In this document: positions 1 through 13,100 of the stretch, in pieces | Numbering within the stretch: position 1 is the stretch's first letter | Layout: each line of letters starts with the position of its first letter | Assembly (NCBI GenBank): GCA_013115145.1 | Contig: JAAPAO010000190.1 | Coordinates: forward strand, 1 to 55,795 | Length of the DNA: 55,795 nt | Source: Perkinsus chesapeaki ATCC PRA-425 | Taxonomy: Eukaryota > Protista > Perkinsozoa | Direction of reading: 5' to 3' | The notes under the pieces: generated by a model | What the model was told of the DNA's origin: nothing | The model's input: the letters and a program-made list of their open reading frames with translations, nothing else | Databases searched by the model: none | Made by a program: the position numbers and the translations under genes

Positions 1-140
1 GGGAGGTGGTTTAGTAACTTCAATATACCCTGGGAGGTGCTTTAGTAACTTCAATATACCCTGGGAGGTGGTTCAGGAACTTGAGTTTCACCAGGGAGGT
101 GGTTTAGTAACTTCAATATACCCTGGGAGGTGGTTCAGGA
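1..140. repeat. 31-bp minisatellite (GGGAGGTGGTTTAGTAACTTCAATATACCCT), about 4.5 copies, cut by the window start
   Basis: Units start at 1, 32, 63, 94 and 125 with few substitutions and no spacers. Confidence 0.95.
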
Positions 141-894
141 TGCGCGCGTTCGTACAGCGCGCGTTCAGGATTCTCTGTTACTATTAGTATGGTTAAGCCT
201 TTGGTAACACTATCGCGGTTAAACGGTTATCTGATTCGCCGTGGTTCTACTGTTATGGCTTGAAGTACTGAGGAGACAGTGACATATGGTTGCGCATGCG
301 TGCGTACGTATGCACATGGTTTCGCGGCTGGTTCCTTGTGACAAGCCTGTTGCAGCCTGCAACTTCAAGTTCGGCGCAACAGGCCCTGTTGTGCCGAACT
401 GTTCTGGAGCTTCATTGCTTATTGCTGTACGGTTCTAGATAGGTTTGTAGGGATCTATACTGCTTTGGGTGGTATAGATAGTAGAGTCCGCTGTGTTATA
501 CTATAGTTTGTGTGCATAGTTGGCACTTTACTGAGCAGGATCATTCGCTGCAGTTTGCGAGCCCTTATAGTTTAGGGTTTTTGAGTCATTGAGGAAAGGG
601 TTGTCGCTACGGTTTGTCGATATATATCAAGTTGATATTATCAACTGGCTCAAGCTTTGTGTTCTTCTAGTAAGGAATGGTCGTTACCAGATCGGGAAAG
701 TCTACTGAAGTGCCACGTAACCGTGACACGGATGCTATTAAGAAAGTTCGTGCTAGGAAGACTAGGAATAGATTATCTCAGACTCGAGCTTACCTTCCGC
801 TACGGGCTATGATCAGGGACGCAACCCATGATACCTCGGTTGCCGTCTGTCCTGGTCTGCGCGAGTATCATAGGGATACTCACCGTCGCGCGCA

Positions 895-1003
895 AGGAAC
901 TTCAATTTCACCAGGGAGGTGGTTTAGTAACTTCAATTTCACCAGGGAGGCGCTTTAGTAACTTCAATATACCCTGGGGGGTGTTCAGGAACTTCAATTT
1001 CGC
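895..1003. repeat. Second block of the same 31-bp minisatellite, about 3.5 copies, same orientation
   Basis: AACTTCAATTTCACCAGGGAGGTGGTTTAGTAACTTCAAT... matches the 1-140 units. Confidence 0.93.
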
Positions 1004-1544
1004 TACACTTGTCTAGGAAATAAAATTTCGGAACTTTAGTAAAACAATTTCGCATATGTGGCACATGCTGAGGGCGACTCACCGATTATGCCGTACTCAC
1101 CTCCACAATTTCAAGTCCGATGCCAAGAGGCTGATCTGGAAGCGATTCCGGGAGTGCGTGATGGTCTGTCAAATGACATGATCGCATGCTAACTTCGCAG
1201 TGGCCATACAACTGTTGGTAAATGAGTGGGGGTGTCTCGGGAAGTTTCTCAAACAATGGTTGAAAGCTTGGGTCTATCGCTGAGCGTCGTGGTCGCAGAA
1301 CTCATTCAACCTGCACCCTCAGTAATACTGAGTCAGTATCCGAGGCAAAATTTGTATAACAAATGCAGTTGAATCAGATAATCGCTTGCTCCGGGGAGGT
1401 AATTATCGTTGCTGCGTCGATGATCAAGTGGCTAGTTAGTAATTAGTAATTACTAACTTACAGTTACGAAGTCGATACGCACAAGCTCGAATTGAACTTA
1501 AACCTCATCCCTCATCCCTCCTAGGTTAGCCAGGGTTCTTGGGA

Positions 1545-1812
1545 GCAGAGGGATTTCGAGTTTAGGAGAAGGGGAAAATTTGGGAGGGGAAGGACGGAAG
1601 TTTGGGAAGCAGGGGTAATAGGGTAGAAAAATTGTGGCGCGGGGGGGCGGGGGGCCCCCCCCCCCCCCCCCCCCCGGCCCAAGGGGTGAATGGCATGGGC
1701 CGGGGCCTGGTGTGGGGGGTGTTGGGGGGGAGGGGACCGCCCCCCGGAGACGGGGATGCGGGTNNNNNNNGCCGGGCCCCCCCCGCCCGCGCCCCCCCGC
1801 CCCCCCCCCCCG

Positions 1813-1860
<48 letters not shown>

Positions 1861-1861
1861 C
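1545..1861. other. Poly-G / poly-C stretch around a 7-N gap (1764-1770); probable low-quality read ends
   Basis: G-rich sequence left of the Ns and an almost pure C run right of them, ending abruptly in normal-complexity sequence. Confidence 0.8.
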
Positions 1862-3771
1862 CACTGGCGCCCACATTGCCCATGGAAAATTCGTGACGCG
1901 CGCGAAGATGGAGTGGCATAAGCTGGAGTCAATGACGACGCACCCTTAGTCGAGTACTAGGATGACCAACTACCTCACTGACGGTCAGCGCGCCGGGTGA
2001 CAGATTCTGCCAGGCAGAAGCAGCTCGACGGATACTTAAAGAAGAACTGGTGGTCTACCAATGGTGGAGGCCAGAGCCGGGGCCACTGGACGCTGAGCAA
2101 GCGAATGCGGTCGCTACGATATTTCCGGTGGTTCGACCTGAGAGTAAGTCAACAACCATAAGACCATGTGTTGATCCGAGGCGGGCTAGTGCCTGCTCAC
2201 CTAACCTATTGTAGAGCGAGAGGACCACGGCTGGTCTACCATCGGTACCTGCGGCGATTGGGCAGCTATCGGCGATTGATGTATATATCAGCGAAATGTG
2301 GGGCTCTGAATTCAGGGTATACCGCCGTTCATACACGATCAAGCATACTATGCTTGATCCAAGATCATTCCATCCAAATTGCAGTTCGTCCAGGATCTTT
2401 CCATCCAAGAAAATTCGATTGTTTCGTCCAAATTATTGGATTGATTTTCGTACACGTATTATTCGGACAACTGTTCTCCATCCATGTGCGTTTCAGACAA
2501 AGATGGTTCAGACAAAAACTGTTAGTCACTGTACGAGCTCGGCTCGTTTGAGCCGGGCTCGAACAGCCTCATGTGCTCATATGCTCGTAGACTAAGATCC
2601 TTAGTCTAAGAAGAGAAGCACAGGAGCACCTGGATTTGAAATCCAGCTGTTGAAATTCAACGAGGAAGATGACGTGAGAGAATATAACCTATTTTGGGCG
2701 GCGGTTGCGATTGCCCTGATTCTGGAGTCCAGAACACGCCTCACAACGTATGTTCCCAATTGCAGTGAAACTGGTGCTCCATTGGAGTCCAATGACTGGA
2801 ACAGCTCCGATATCGGTCTGAGGTTCTTCCAGAACTCTTATGTTTTGAGAAAAACTGGATAATCCAAAGATGTGGGTCGTCGCAGTCAGTACACGGCTTG
2901 ACAGTTCCAATTGGAACGAAGGGTTCCAAAACAGAATAATGCGCTCGAAGGTATTAACCACGGACTTAAAGCAGGTAAAGGATCCAATTTGATATTTAAT
3001 TCATATAATAGTGATAGCCAGTTTGTTTATCTGATGAACTTTATCAACTTTATAATTTAACTATATCAAATTGGGCAAGTGTATTCAATCGACAAATTCA
3101 TTTACTTTCGAATTTCGCATCTGCTGCAGGTGACCTGCAGTCGTTTGGTTCTTTCTCCTCACTCGGGTGCGAAGTTTAAGCTCAGTGGAAGGTACTCCGG
3201 GCCCCGGAGTCCGGGGAGGAGTAAATCGAGTATAGTTGGCGTATTGGTAGTGGGACCTGACTGTATACCGTGAGATTGAGGGTTCCCCTCTTGGTAATTG
3301 CAGTACTGCACGCCTAGCAAGTCTAAAACTGTCAATTAAGAGGATTTGCTCAATTGATTGCAGTCGACGATTGCCAATGGTTCATCCTCTCCCGCAAAAG
3401 GTCCAGGCTCAATATCATGCTTGGGCTAAGTAAAACTTGTCGTAGTATAAGCCTTGTATTGTACAAGGCTCAACACTAAGTGTTGAAGTTGGCCGAGTTT
3501 GAAACACAGAGTATGGAGTTCTGTCCGAAAAAAAACTGCATGTAGGCTTGAGGGGACCTACTTCACTTGGCGATTTTTCTCGGGGTAATTCTTGAGCGCT
3601 ACTCCTAGAGTGGTATGTCCCCGTAATGAAATACATGCAAAGTTCGTCGAGTCGACGATATTAAACAAGCTAGAAATATGTGATACTTAGACACTGCAGT
3701 CTGAAATGAGGTTCCTTGGATAACAGCAATAGATATCGGCATGGAACATACAATGTACAACAACCATTGAC

Positions 3772-5236
3772 TTATTCTTCATCATCTCCATCATCCTCGA
3801 AATCAAACTCGTCATAATCTAAGCAATACACACCGTATGAGTGGTTAGTAATGCAAGTGGAACCTTCAAAGTCACTGAAGAGGTCTGCCGCGGCTTCAAT
3901 GATATCATCTACTGTTCGACTAGCTGTCTCATGTTGAACATCTCTTTCCATATCTTCTATTGTCACATGACTGCTACAGTCATAAACTGACGAAGCCTAA
4001 GAATGTTAACATGAGCCAAAATGCACATCACCCTCCCCCAATCGACGGAGACCTATAGCTTACCCTATCATCAATCTCCTGTGTTTCTCTTCTAGAATCA
4101 AGGTATCTACATTGTCCCCTCATACAACTCCTATGGAGGCCTTACCCGGCACAAGAAGTCTCTCTGTTAGTTAACGCTACATTCAATGCTCTCAGTATCA
4201 CGGCTCGTGCACGCTCTCGATCGGTCGCAGGTTGCTTTGTAGGGGAATGTGAGGGCTCATAATAATACGACGAAGAAGTAGAGGCTTGGCCCTACATTTG
4301 CAACCATACATCCCTGAGGCTTCCTCAACCTACCCATAAAGTATCATCATTTTTATGTTTGCTCTTGGCCACTAGACTGGGCGAAGATGCGCTTCCACTG
4401 AGATGCCCGTGTTGCTCGTCTTTATACTGACTCCGAATTCGTGATGACCTATATAGCTGTAAAGCCTGCTGCTTAATCTAGCCTTACTTGGCCGAAAGTC
4501 GTTCTTTTGCTTTCATTTTTTCCACTAGAGGATGCTGTCTACCGTCCCTATTATAAGCGTGTGCGCTTGACTGGACCATATACCTGATAATTGCTAAGTA
4601 ATCCCCTACCAAACACTCAATGACCTCATATGGCGCCGATAGTCCTTTTCGAGTCGCGCTGTACTGTAATAAGGCCGCAGTCGTTCGAGACGGTCAAGTA
4701 AGGCATGATTCTCCTGATCAACGAATTTGATTTTATTATAATCGATACTTCAACCATCGTTATGCGGAAGAGCTCCTTCTTTCGATAGTCCCTATTCAAG
4801 CTCACCGGTCCAAGCCTTCTTTTTGCCCCCTAATAACATTTTATCACTATGCTGTGATAATCAAGAGTACCAAAAGCTCTGGTGGCCTGGTCATCGTCTG
4901 TGCTATACTTTGAATCATTTTCAAGTCGTTAAATGCCGACTCTGTTATTTGACCTGCCCACAGCCTTCCCCCTCCTATCCACCCCTAGAGACTCACGTTT
5001 CTTCGCGTAATAATCTCGGCCGTATAGTGTGAGATGCCTATGCTCCGCCGGTCGTCTAGTATCTAACATACGCAACACTATTAACAGTCAACGGTCACAT
5101 AAGGCTAGTGACCTATGCTCGGCTGCATTTTCCGGATTGTTTCCCGGTGCTTTTGCTGTTGCCTTTGCAGAGCTCTGCGAGCTATCAATGAGTTACCGTG
5201 GGACACATCAGTCCTCTTTTGTGATACGCCTAGCAT
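3772..5236 (-). CDS. CFAP97/KIAA1430-domain cilia/flagella-associated protein, multi-exon, with acidic C-terminal tail
   Basis: Manual splicing at GT-AG sites gives MLGVSQKRTDVSHGNSLIARRALQRQQQKHRETIRKMQPS..DTRRPAEHRHLTLYGRDYYAKKRQITESAFNDLKMIQSIAQTMTRPPELL-GAKRRLGPVSLNRDYRKKELFRITM-ENHALLDRLERLRPYYSTARLEKDYRRH, ending DYDEFDFEDDGDDEE*. The SLN..RK.EL.RIT.EN..LL.RL motif is what I recognise as CFAP97-like. Confidence 0.75.
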
Positions 5237-5418
5237 ATCGACATGTAAGCTGGAACAAGAGAAGATTCCCAGCATTGACAAACAAGACACTTCCCTTCTG
5301 TCAAGTAACGAGGAGCGAAGAGGGAGCAGCAGCACGATGATGATGTAATATTATATGATAAAGTAGCTGCGGGCGTTGGTACACTCCAAACGTCCGTCTT
5401 AATGATAATACAAAACTA

Positions 5419-6881
5419 TTATAACTTAGTAACGGTAACAGGAGGCGGCGAAGATCCTCCGCGGTGGCTTGCATCATCATCATCATCCTCAGACGTAATG
5501 CCGCTAATAGACGGGGGAGACGATCTACAATAGGCAAGCGTAAGTACACCGCCTTTATGTTGATGGAGGCTTTTTATTGATCTATACGTTACAGTATGAA
5601 AGCCTTCATTAACGACTAGAGCGCCTCTATGAAATACAAACTCTTCAGAGATCTATTTCCCCGATAACACTATCAATCCTGCGAATAGGGTTGGCAGTTT
5701 GGCATAGTGAGCGAATAGGCGAGTCGCTTTCACGAATAAGACCATCACTACAGCATATATAGTGGAGAAAGGTAAAAACGAGTAATGTATTTTACAATAT
5801 ACTGGATTGCCAACAAGCCCAACCGTGTAGTTTGAGTCTCATCCAAATCGTAGTACATCGGGTGTAATCCACATGAATTCTGTTAGGGAGCTCTAGCATC
5901 ACATCATCCAACAGCATATCGATTAACATGTTTCGGTACACCTTGTAGACCTCGTTCACCGACTATCGATATGCCTTGATCCGTGATCCCCGCAATAGTG
6001 AACGACCACCCCGTTGTATAGTACCTATTTCGCACATTCCCTTCCACTGAAGAGCTTCGTGGACTCGTTTCCTCGATCGACCTGAGGATGCTATTGCTGA
6101 TTACCTATAAGCCTAACGAGCTTAACTATTACCCGTCACCATCAGTGATCTGTCTCTCGGGGGTCGCCGGCTCTCCTTGTTTTGGCCGTAAGATATCTTT
6201 CAACACCTCAACCTCTTGAGAATCAATACTATATGCATCGGACGAGAACTCCGAGCTAGTAGCTTGCAGTGCCATTAACTCAGCCTTTGCTGATCGAACC
6301 GGAGCCTACCATCAAACACCTCATAACTGTAGCCCAAGCCATTACCGTTAATACTACCGTTAAATCGATGAATATCTCATTAGTACTGATAGCACTAGAG
6401 TTAATACTCTCTGCATCATCCCCTCTCTGAACACGATTGCCGGCTCCTACAGTGCTAGTTGGTGACGTTATCGTCAAGAGCTCCAACTTTGCTCGATTAG
6501 TCGTTTCTGCACCATGGCGATACATAAGACGGTCCCTGAATGCTTTTACCTTTGTGTGGCTGTAGACGAGCATTACCCCCCTCGGACAAAGGGAACTCGC
6601 TACTATCATTCTGCAAGCTGGACCGAGACCGTCTCTCATTAGAGCGTTCCTACAATAGTAAAGTTTTATTCTTTCGCGTATTAAGAAACAGCGTTGTAGT
6701 AGCTTAACCCCTATACACCCTCCTCTACTACCTTCTCGACAGAGTAGCCTCCAGCCCCTGTAGAAGGCGTCATCTCCATCGTTGCCCTTTGCTGCTTCCG
6801 CCTGTCAACTGGTGTAGTGGCTGCTGCATGATGCGTTACTAGCTCCTCGTTAGTTTCCGGGGTTGAACATCCGCAACCCAT
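5419..6881 (-). CDS. Hypothetical multi-exon protein with N-terminal MGCGCS dual-acylation motif
   Basis: Exon 1 MGCGCSTPETNEELVTHH...VEKVVEE followed by a GT donor; later exons include SVNEVYKVYRNMLIDMLLDDVMLELP and end SEDDDDDASHRGGSSPPPVTVTKL*. Internal splice sites uncertain. Confidence 0.6.
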
Positions 6882-7311
6882 TAAATCAACAACAATGAAT
6901 GAAACTATTGAATATATTCTACCATCCAATCCATTTGAACCCTCCATTCCTCCCACCATGAAATGTTATGATCAGCTTATGACACTTTTATAATATTTTC
7001 AATCCCATTAGTTGGCTAATAGCAAGGGCTGTACACTAAAAGTCACTACCATCACGAATTTCCGTATCCTGCCACAGTAAACTCTATCCGTTTTACACCG
7101 CCGCATAACCAACGGTTCACATTTTGTGACTGACAGCTCCTTGAGAGCTATCTTCAATCAATACTTAGCGTCTAACCTTGGAAAATACACTCCACACGTG
7201 GATGCTCAGATGAGGTATAATCGATTATAATGGCGGGCGCTAGCTACGGCGCACTTTGCTGCGCTCGAACCTATTGGCCTTCCGGTTCAGCAATTGGTGA
7301 GAATTCCGATC

Positions 7312-7890
7312 ATGAATATCATTCGATTGACATCAATCGCCTTAGTCACCCTTCCCGTGATATTTGCTAGTAAGAAGAGGCGAACTAGATCTACTAGGAG
7401 CTTCAACTGCAAGTACTCTAAGTGCACCGATGATGCCGTTTTTATAGACTCTGAGGATTCTGATGACGATGCATTATCAAAATGGGTACACGTATGCCCG
7501 CTTTCCCCCACTGGACTGGACTCGAGTGGCTCAAGCTTGTCATCGGAATTCGGCGGTGAACGCTGTGTCAGTGTCGACCTCGAGTGCAATGGGCAGACGA
7601 ATGGACGAGAATGCAGATCCGACAACTATTATGTGACCCTCACTGTAGCACCCAGTCCAGCTCGTCTTTGCTCGGATGACGGAATAGTAAGCCCTAAGCT
7701 ACCAGGTCATCGCAATAAGCAGAGCGGAAGAATCGATATATATCCTAGCGAGGACGATGAGAAAATGCAAACTTTCTTGAGAGGGCTCGCGGGTGCCCTA
7801 GGAACTGATAAAGTCGAGCTTCAGAACATTCACCTCGAAGCCGACGCTAATAATAGACTAAGCTTTTACATTGTCGATGATTTCATTTAA
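7312..7890 (+). CDS. Intronless hypothetical secreted protein (signal peptide, Cys-containing)
   Basis: ATG at 7312; MNIIRLTSIALVTLPVIFAS hydrophobic leader then KKRRTR; open to TAA at 7890. Confidence 0.75.
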   Translation: MNIIRLTSIALVTLPVIFASKKRRTRSTRSFNCKYSKCTDDAVFIDSEDSDDDALSKWVHVCPLSPTGLDSSGSSLSSEFGGERCVSVDLECNGQTNGRECRSDNYYVTLTVAPSPARLCSDDGIVSPKLPGHRNKQSGRIDIYPSEDDEKMQTFLRGLAGALGTDKVELQNIHLEADANNRLSFYIVDDFI

Positions 7891-8115
7891 GTCAGTGTAA
7901 TGTGTTAATATGATGTTCGTGCACATGTGTTGTAATGTTATCGCCAAACTGTTGAGCTCGTAAATGTCTCGTTCTGTGACGCTGTACATTTCTCACCAAC
8001 GTGACGTGGTAGGATGCAAATATCGCCAAAACTGGATAATAATTATCACTACGCACGATCTGAGAATCACTCTCCTTAGTCCAAGAAGCTCTTTTATAAA
8101 CAATGCTACTAGAGT

Positions 8116-9787
8116 ATGTCTAAGAGTATAAGAACAGCTGGTAAGACGAATCAACGACCGCCAACTAGTCCTCGTGAGGGCATCCTCGGCATAATGACCT
8201 TCAACACATGGCTCATTCCAGTGAGTTACAGAGACAGATACAACGTCCTTTGATAACGCACACAGGTCCGCGCCAACTTTCCGTGCTGCCTGGATTTTGA
8301 CTTACCTTTGCGAGCTAAGCGAGTCTCTGATCACATTACAGAATCCGTATTCAAAGACGACATAGATGTAAGCAATTCCAGCTTCCTAATGGCGCAGATC
8401 GCAGTGCAGATTGTGGCTCTTCAAGAGGTTTGGTCTGGCTCGCAATCTGTGGTGGCTAGCTGCATTAACTGCCTCTGTTGCTGTCGAATGTTTCAACGTG
8501 GTAAAGTCCTGAAGTCGCTCAAAGAAGGTAACTACGTCCCATGACTGAGATGTTTTCATATAACCAGTATTCAGGTACACACCTACACTATCATACAAAA
8601 GCCCACGGCACCTGGCCATGTGAGTGTACGATGAAGTTCTTAGACTCTGGTCTGATGGTTATGTCAAAATGGCCCATAATAACAGAAGAGTGCGTCTCTA
8701 AAAACCGGGATATCTTCAGATTTCGCCGTGCTTGCAGGTTCTCTCGATTCACGGATGCTACCAGCGAGGACTCCTTCGCATCAAAGGGTGCACTCTGTGT
8801 TGTTTTGGACCGCGGAAAGGACGTAGGTCTCTCAGGCAGCATGTCAAAATGCCACTGAATGATTCAGTTGATCATCGTGGTTACAACTCATATGGATGCT
8901 GGAGATGATGCTACTGTCAAACTCAAGCAGCTTGTAAGGTTTGTCCACTGAGTTCATTGTACCCTTCCTCAGAGGCACGCACTCAACTTATACCGTAACG
9001 TTCGAAAGAGAGCGTGAAACGAGAAAAATGGGAGAAAGCGTGACATCACAGCTGCATTCTTCACAGGAGATTTTAATATAGATGGCACTGAGCGAGAGCA
9101 CAACTCAGTTGTAAACACCATGTCATCATAGTGTCAATAATACCATTGCCAGGGACCGGAGGGAGAATCTTTATATGCACTCACACGAAAGGAAATGGAA
9201 GAGGCTGACTTTACCGATTCTTGGGCCGAGTTTGCGCGGCAAGAAGGGTACAAGAGACCACAGTCCTTCGTTGGCGATTGGAGCGACCTGCGCAATTCTA
9301 TCATTGCATGTTATGGGGCAACAAACGATCAAGTAGTCAGCCGCCTCACTCAAGGCTCGTAATCAGTTCCTTTCAGAGCATACCTTCATTTCCAACAAGG
9401 CTTGATTATATTTGGGCATCACGCGTTGCTGGTGCAGTACAGGTGGAAGTAGCCCCTGGCCAACAACAGATGGATAACACCCATGAACTGAAGGTAGGCC
9501 CTCAGCTGGCACTGCGTTAACTGATAGACTTCCTTGTTAAGCTGGTAGACGTGAAAGTCGCTGATGCTACACTATGGCGAGGCAACTTACAATTGCGTAA
9601 TGACATCGAGAACGTAGAGTGCCCTGATGCGCAGGACTGTTCAGAGAAGAAACATTTACTGGACGAGTATCATGAACAGTTTATGTGAGCGCTCCTGTTC
9701 ATTTCCTGTTTGCGACGGTCCACATTTAGTAACCGTACTTCGGATCATGCCTCGTTGACTACCAAGGTGAGACTTAAGAAGATTTAA
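8116..9787 (+). CDS. Endonuclease/exonuclease/phosphatase (EEP) family enzyme, neutral sphingomyelinase-like, multi-exon
   Basis: Spliced motifs in the expected order: GIMTFNTWLIP, DID/IVALQEVW, DSGLMVMSKWPI, DSFASKGAL, TTHMDAG, FFTGDFNID, RLDYIW, TSDHASL, stop TAA at 9785-9787. Confidence 0.85.
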
Positions 9788-10106
9788 CATTACAAGGTGC
9801 TTACGCATGAATCATATGACATTTGCTGTCATTGTTGTTTATTACTGAAGAGAGGTTTTGTTAGTATAAACACTTCGAATGAACGAGTGAGGAAAAAGCG
9901 TGCAACGGGAGATGTTGAGATAACACATGTCAGAACGAGTTAAGACAGTGAAGGGCATGTCCGAATGCTTGAAGATAGTGCAGGGTGTATCCAGTTAGGG
10001 GTTTCGTTCGCTCGACTGGTAAGCTACAGTACATCTAGATTTACAGCAGTAGCGCCGTCTAATATCTTTTCGAGACGCAGTGCAACGCAAGACAATAACT
10101 GCTGAA

Positions 10107-13100
10107 TCAAGCAACATTATCTCGTTCATGACTCATTGAAGCTTCAACTTTAGTCTTCATCAACTCAATCTTTAACGCTGATATCTCTCTAGCATAAGTT
10201 CGGGAATTGCTGAGCAGCTCAGCTTCCAGACTCTGAATGGTGGTCGGACCGTGCCCTCGAGGAAAGCATCTCAGTTTATCACCTCTATGCGGGACTTCAT
10301 CATCTTGTTTCTCTCAGCGAACTCATCTCTCGTTCGCTCAAGTTGTGCAATCTCAGAACGCAGCTCCATCGAGCTACCGAATTCAGCAATCTACACACAG
10401 CAATACCGCGATCCGCGCTTTTGGACAAGTTGAAGCTGGAGGGCGATCCCGTACCTTTCCAGCGGTCATTTTTTCACGATTCTCTTCGCTTCGTATGGCG
10501 TTGAGTAACTCTTTTATCTCCTTGTCTTTAGCCCTGATCATTTCCCTATTATTTTCATTCTCTCTCCTTTGCTCTTCGGCCTTTACTTTCTGCCTATATC
10601 GAACTGTATCGCTGCATGGGTAACGACCTCACTTATTCTTGAGATCGCTTATTTCAGAGTTGAGCATGTCATTAGCAGCTTTCAGTCGAGTGAGCTCGCT
10701 CAGTATACCGGAAGACTTGCTCGTCTTCTTCACGGACCTCTCAAGTAGCTGCAAGCATCGTCCGCAAGACACGCTATGCACACAGTGACACACCAATTCC
10801 AGTTTGCTGATTATCTTTTCTTGTGACTTGATAGTTGCCTCGAACTTTGGCAGCTTCGCAGCCCTTTCCTGGAGATGTTGGTGTTGTTTTGCCAGACTAA
10901 CCTGTCATTCAAATCGACTGATTGAGTGTGCTGTCCTCCGCTACATGTGCGCGTTCCAATTCCTCTAGTCGGTGCCGGTCGGCTTGTGCTCGTGCTAGCT
11001 CCTCGCTAGCCCCCTTCAGTCGCCTTCGCAGCTCGTCCACTGCTGCCCTCTCAGTGCGATATCTAAGACCGCCACCTCATTGCACTCTTGTGTGCTACTG
11101 GACAAACTTGTTAAGGGTTTCCTGGAGTCTCGCTACAATCTGAGTGCTAGACAGGTTGCTCAAAGCCGCCTCTAGAACGGGGTCTGCCGAGTTGCCTGAT
11201 AACGGTTGCGGTTGGGCTGCGTATCTTGGTACGTGATTACCCGCGCCCGCCGTCGCCTCGTCCCACATATTTTTCTCTTCGTCTATTCTGCTACGTAGTT
11301 CTTCATTCTCCTGCTTAACCGCTTGGAGTTGTTTAGCAAGACTGCTAACTTCAGCTTTTGCTTGTTCAAGGGATTCGGCCTGAGCTCAGGAGGATTCGAT
11401 CGGGCTCATGACCATAAAAACAATGTGCCCTTACGCGTCTTGTATATTCTTTCGCTAAGTGTGCGTTGACCTGTTCTCGGTCCCTCGCGATTGCCAACAC
11501 GGTCTCGACTGTATCATCACTAGGCCGTGCAGGGCCACGGTTCGTTCCTTTGACTTCTAAGGGTTATGATAAGCAAGAAGGCGTACGCTGCACCACGTTC
11601 ATCAGAGTGTCCAACATCATCAATACTCCCTGCAGCACCCATCGGCCAGGTGCGCAAGTCGACCTCTAGAGCTGCTGTGAGATGTGGTGCTACTAGAGGC
11701 TTGAACTCGACGTGCTGAGATTCTGGCTATTGGACTGCGAAGATGTGCTATGATACTCACACATGATTTCACCCCTCCTGGTGGACTGTCACCTTTCCTT
11801 GGCAACTTTACATTACCAACAGCAACAGGATGGAATTCAGGAACGGCCGAGGTTCCCGATGATGGTATGCTTTCCGGGGCAAGCAACTACTGATCAAGTT
11901 GCCGAGCCATACAGAAGTGATTGTACGTGTAAGGTGAGACTCCTTGTCGAAGACGGGATTAACAACCTCATCACAGAGCTGAACGCCTAGAGGGGCAGAA
12001 GCTGGCATTAGCATGTTTCTTACCCTCGCCAACTTGGTGCTATCGAAGTTCCAATAGACCCAGGTGTGATACAGACAAGTGGCGCGGCGGTGCCGGCCAG
12101 TCGTAGATCAGCAACGTTCTCTTTAAGAAACCTGAATTGATACGCTTGTTCCAGCAATAGATATGTTATTGTCACATTGTGAGCGATTGTGACTGATCAT
12201 AGAAGAATGCTTGGAAGGACGGTTGAGGAGTTCCCCCTTCACCATTAGGATAGGTCGCCAAAATGGCCGCAGTAATTGCGTCTGGTAGACTACGAGAGAA
12301 TAGGAACCGATGAATCTGAGCCAATCGTTCCAGCTAAATGGAGTGTTACGTGACCTTCATCTCGAGCAACAGCTGTTCATTGCCCTCCTTAAGGTTAGTC
12401 AGAGGAGCTTCGTAAGCAACCGTGAAGCTCAGCTCTGCCTGAACAGCAAGTGACAAGAGGCAACCAGTGGTGTTCTTTACATGCGAGCCTTTGCCGTTCC
12501 CACGGTAACCGGAACGTGCCAGTATATGAGCCTGCAAAGGGCAGGCGTGGTGTGGCTCTGTGGGCGTGGGGAGGTTTTAATGAGATCTTACCTGTGAGAA
12601 TGGATCCAGCACCGACGGCTTGAAAGTTAGGTTCAAGAGCTCTCGTGAGGAGTTTTTCGTTTGTAACTGAATTGAGAATCTTTTAACCTGATCGACGGTG
12701 ACATACCAGTAAGGAGAACTGAACTGTAGTGTCCTCTACCTTGCGAGGCCGGCAGATCGGTAGAACCTATACTTTCATCACGATAAACTTACGACTAAGC
12801 ATAGCCTCACCAGCTCCTCATTGATATCACAACTACCCTCCCAATCGTCTACTGTACATCTCAGAGTTGAGCAAGAATACAGGACAGCCCCGTCAGTTGT
12901 CCTCAATAGCTTAGCTAGTATCACACAGCTCGCAAGATTATCCTTGGAAGCTGACAGGATGAAGAGTTCGTCCGCAATGGTATGACTTTAGCGTACACGA
13001 GTTCAATCCCCGGACGCGGTGAAATATGAAACGAATTCTTCCTTCACTTTGGACATCAGCTCGGGTCTCCGCTAAAGAGAAGGAACTCTCAGTCCGACTA

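Noticed and set aside
646-654. TGGCTCAAG matching the 3' end of the Perkinsus/dinoflagellate spliced leader, 22 nt before ORF 677
   Set aside because: Only 9 of about 22 nt match; a 9-mer is expected about 0.4 times by chance on both strands of this window.
1040-1310. Possible minus-strand exons with a 33-nt GT-AG intron
   Set aside because: No start codon or family identifiable; support too weak to list as a gene.
1498-1949. Six Gly/Pro-rich ORFs
   Set aside because: They come from poly-G/poly-C runs around an N gap, probably sequencing artefact.
12969-13022. tRNA-like words (TCCGCAATGGT...GAGTTCAATCCCCGG)
   Set aside because: Spacing too short, no cloverleaf or anticodon arm; lies antisense to an exon/intron of the coiled-coil gene.
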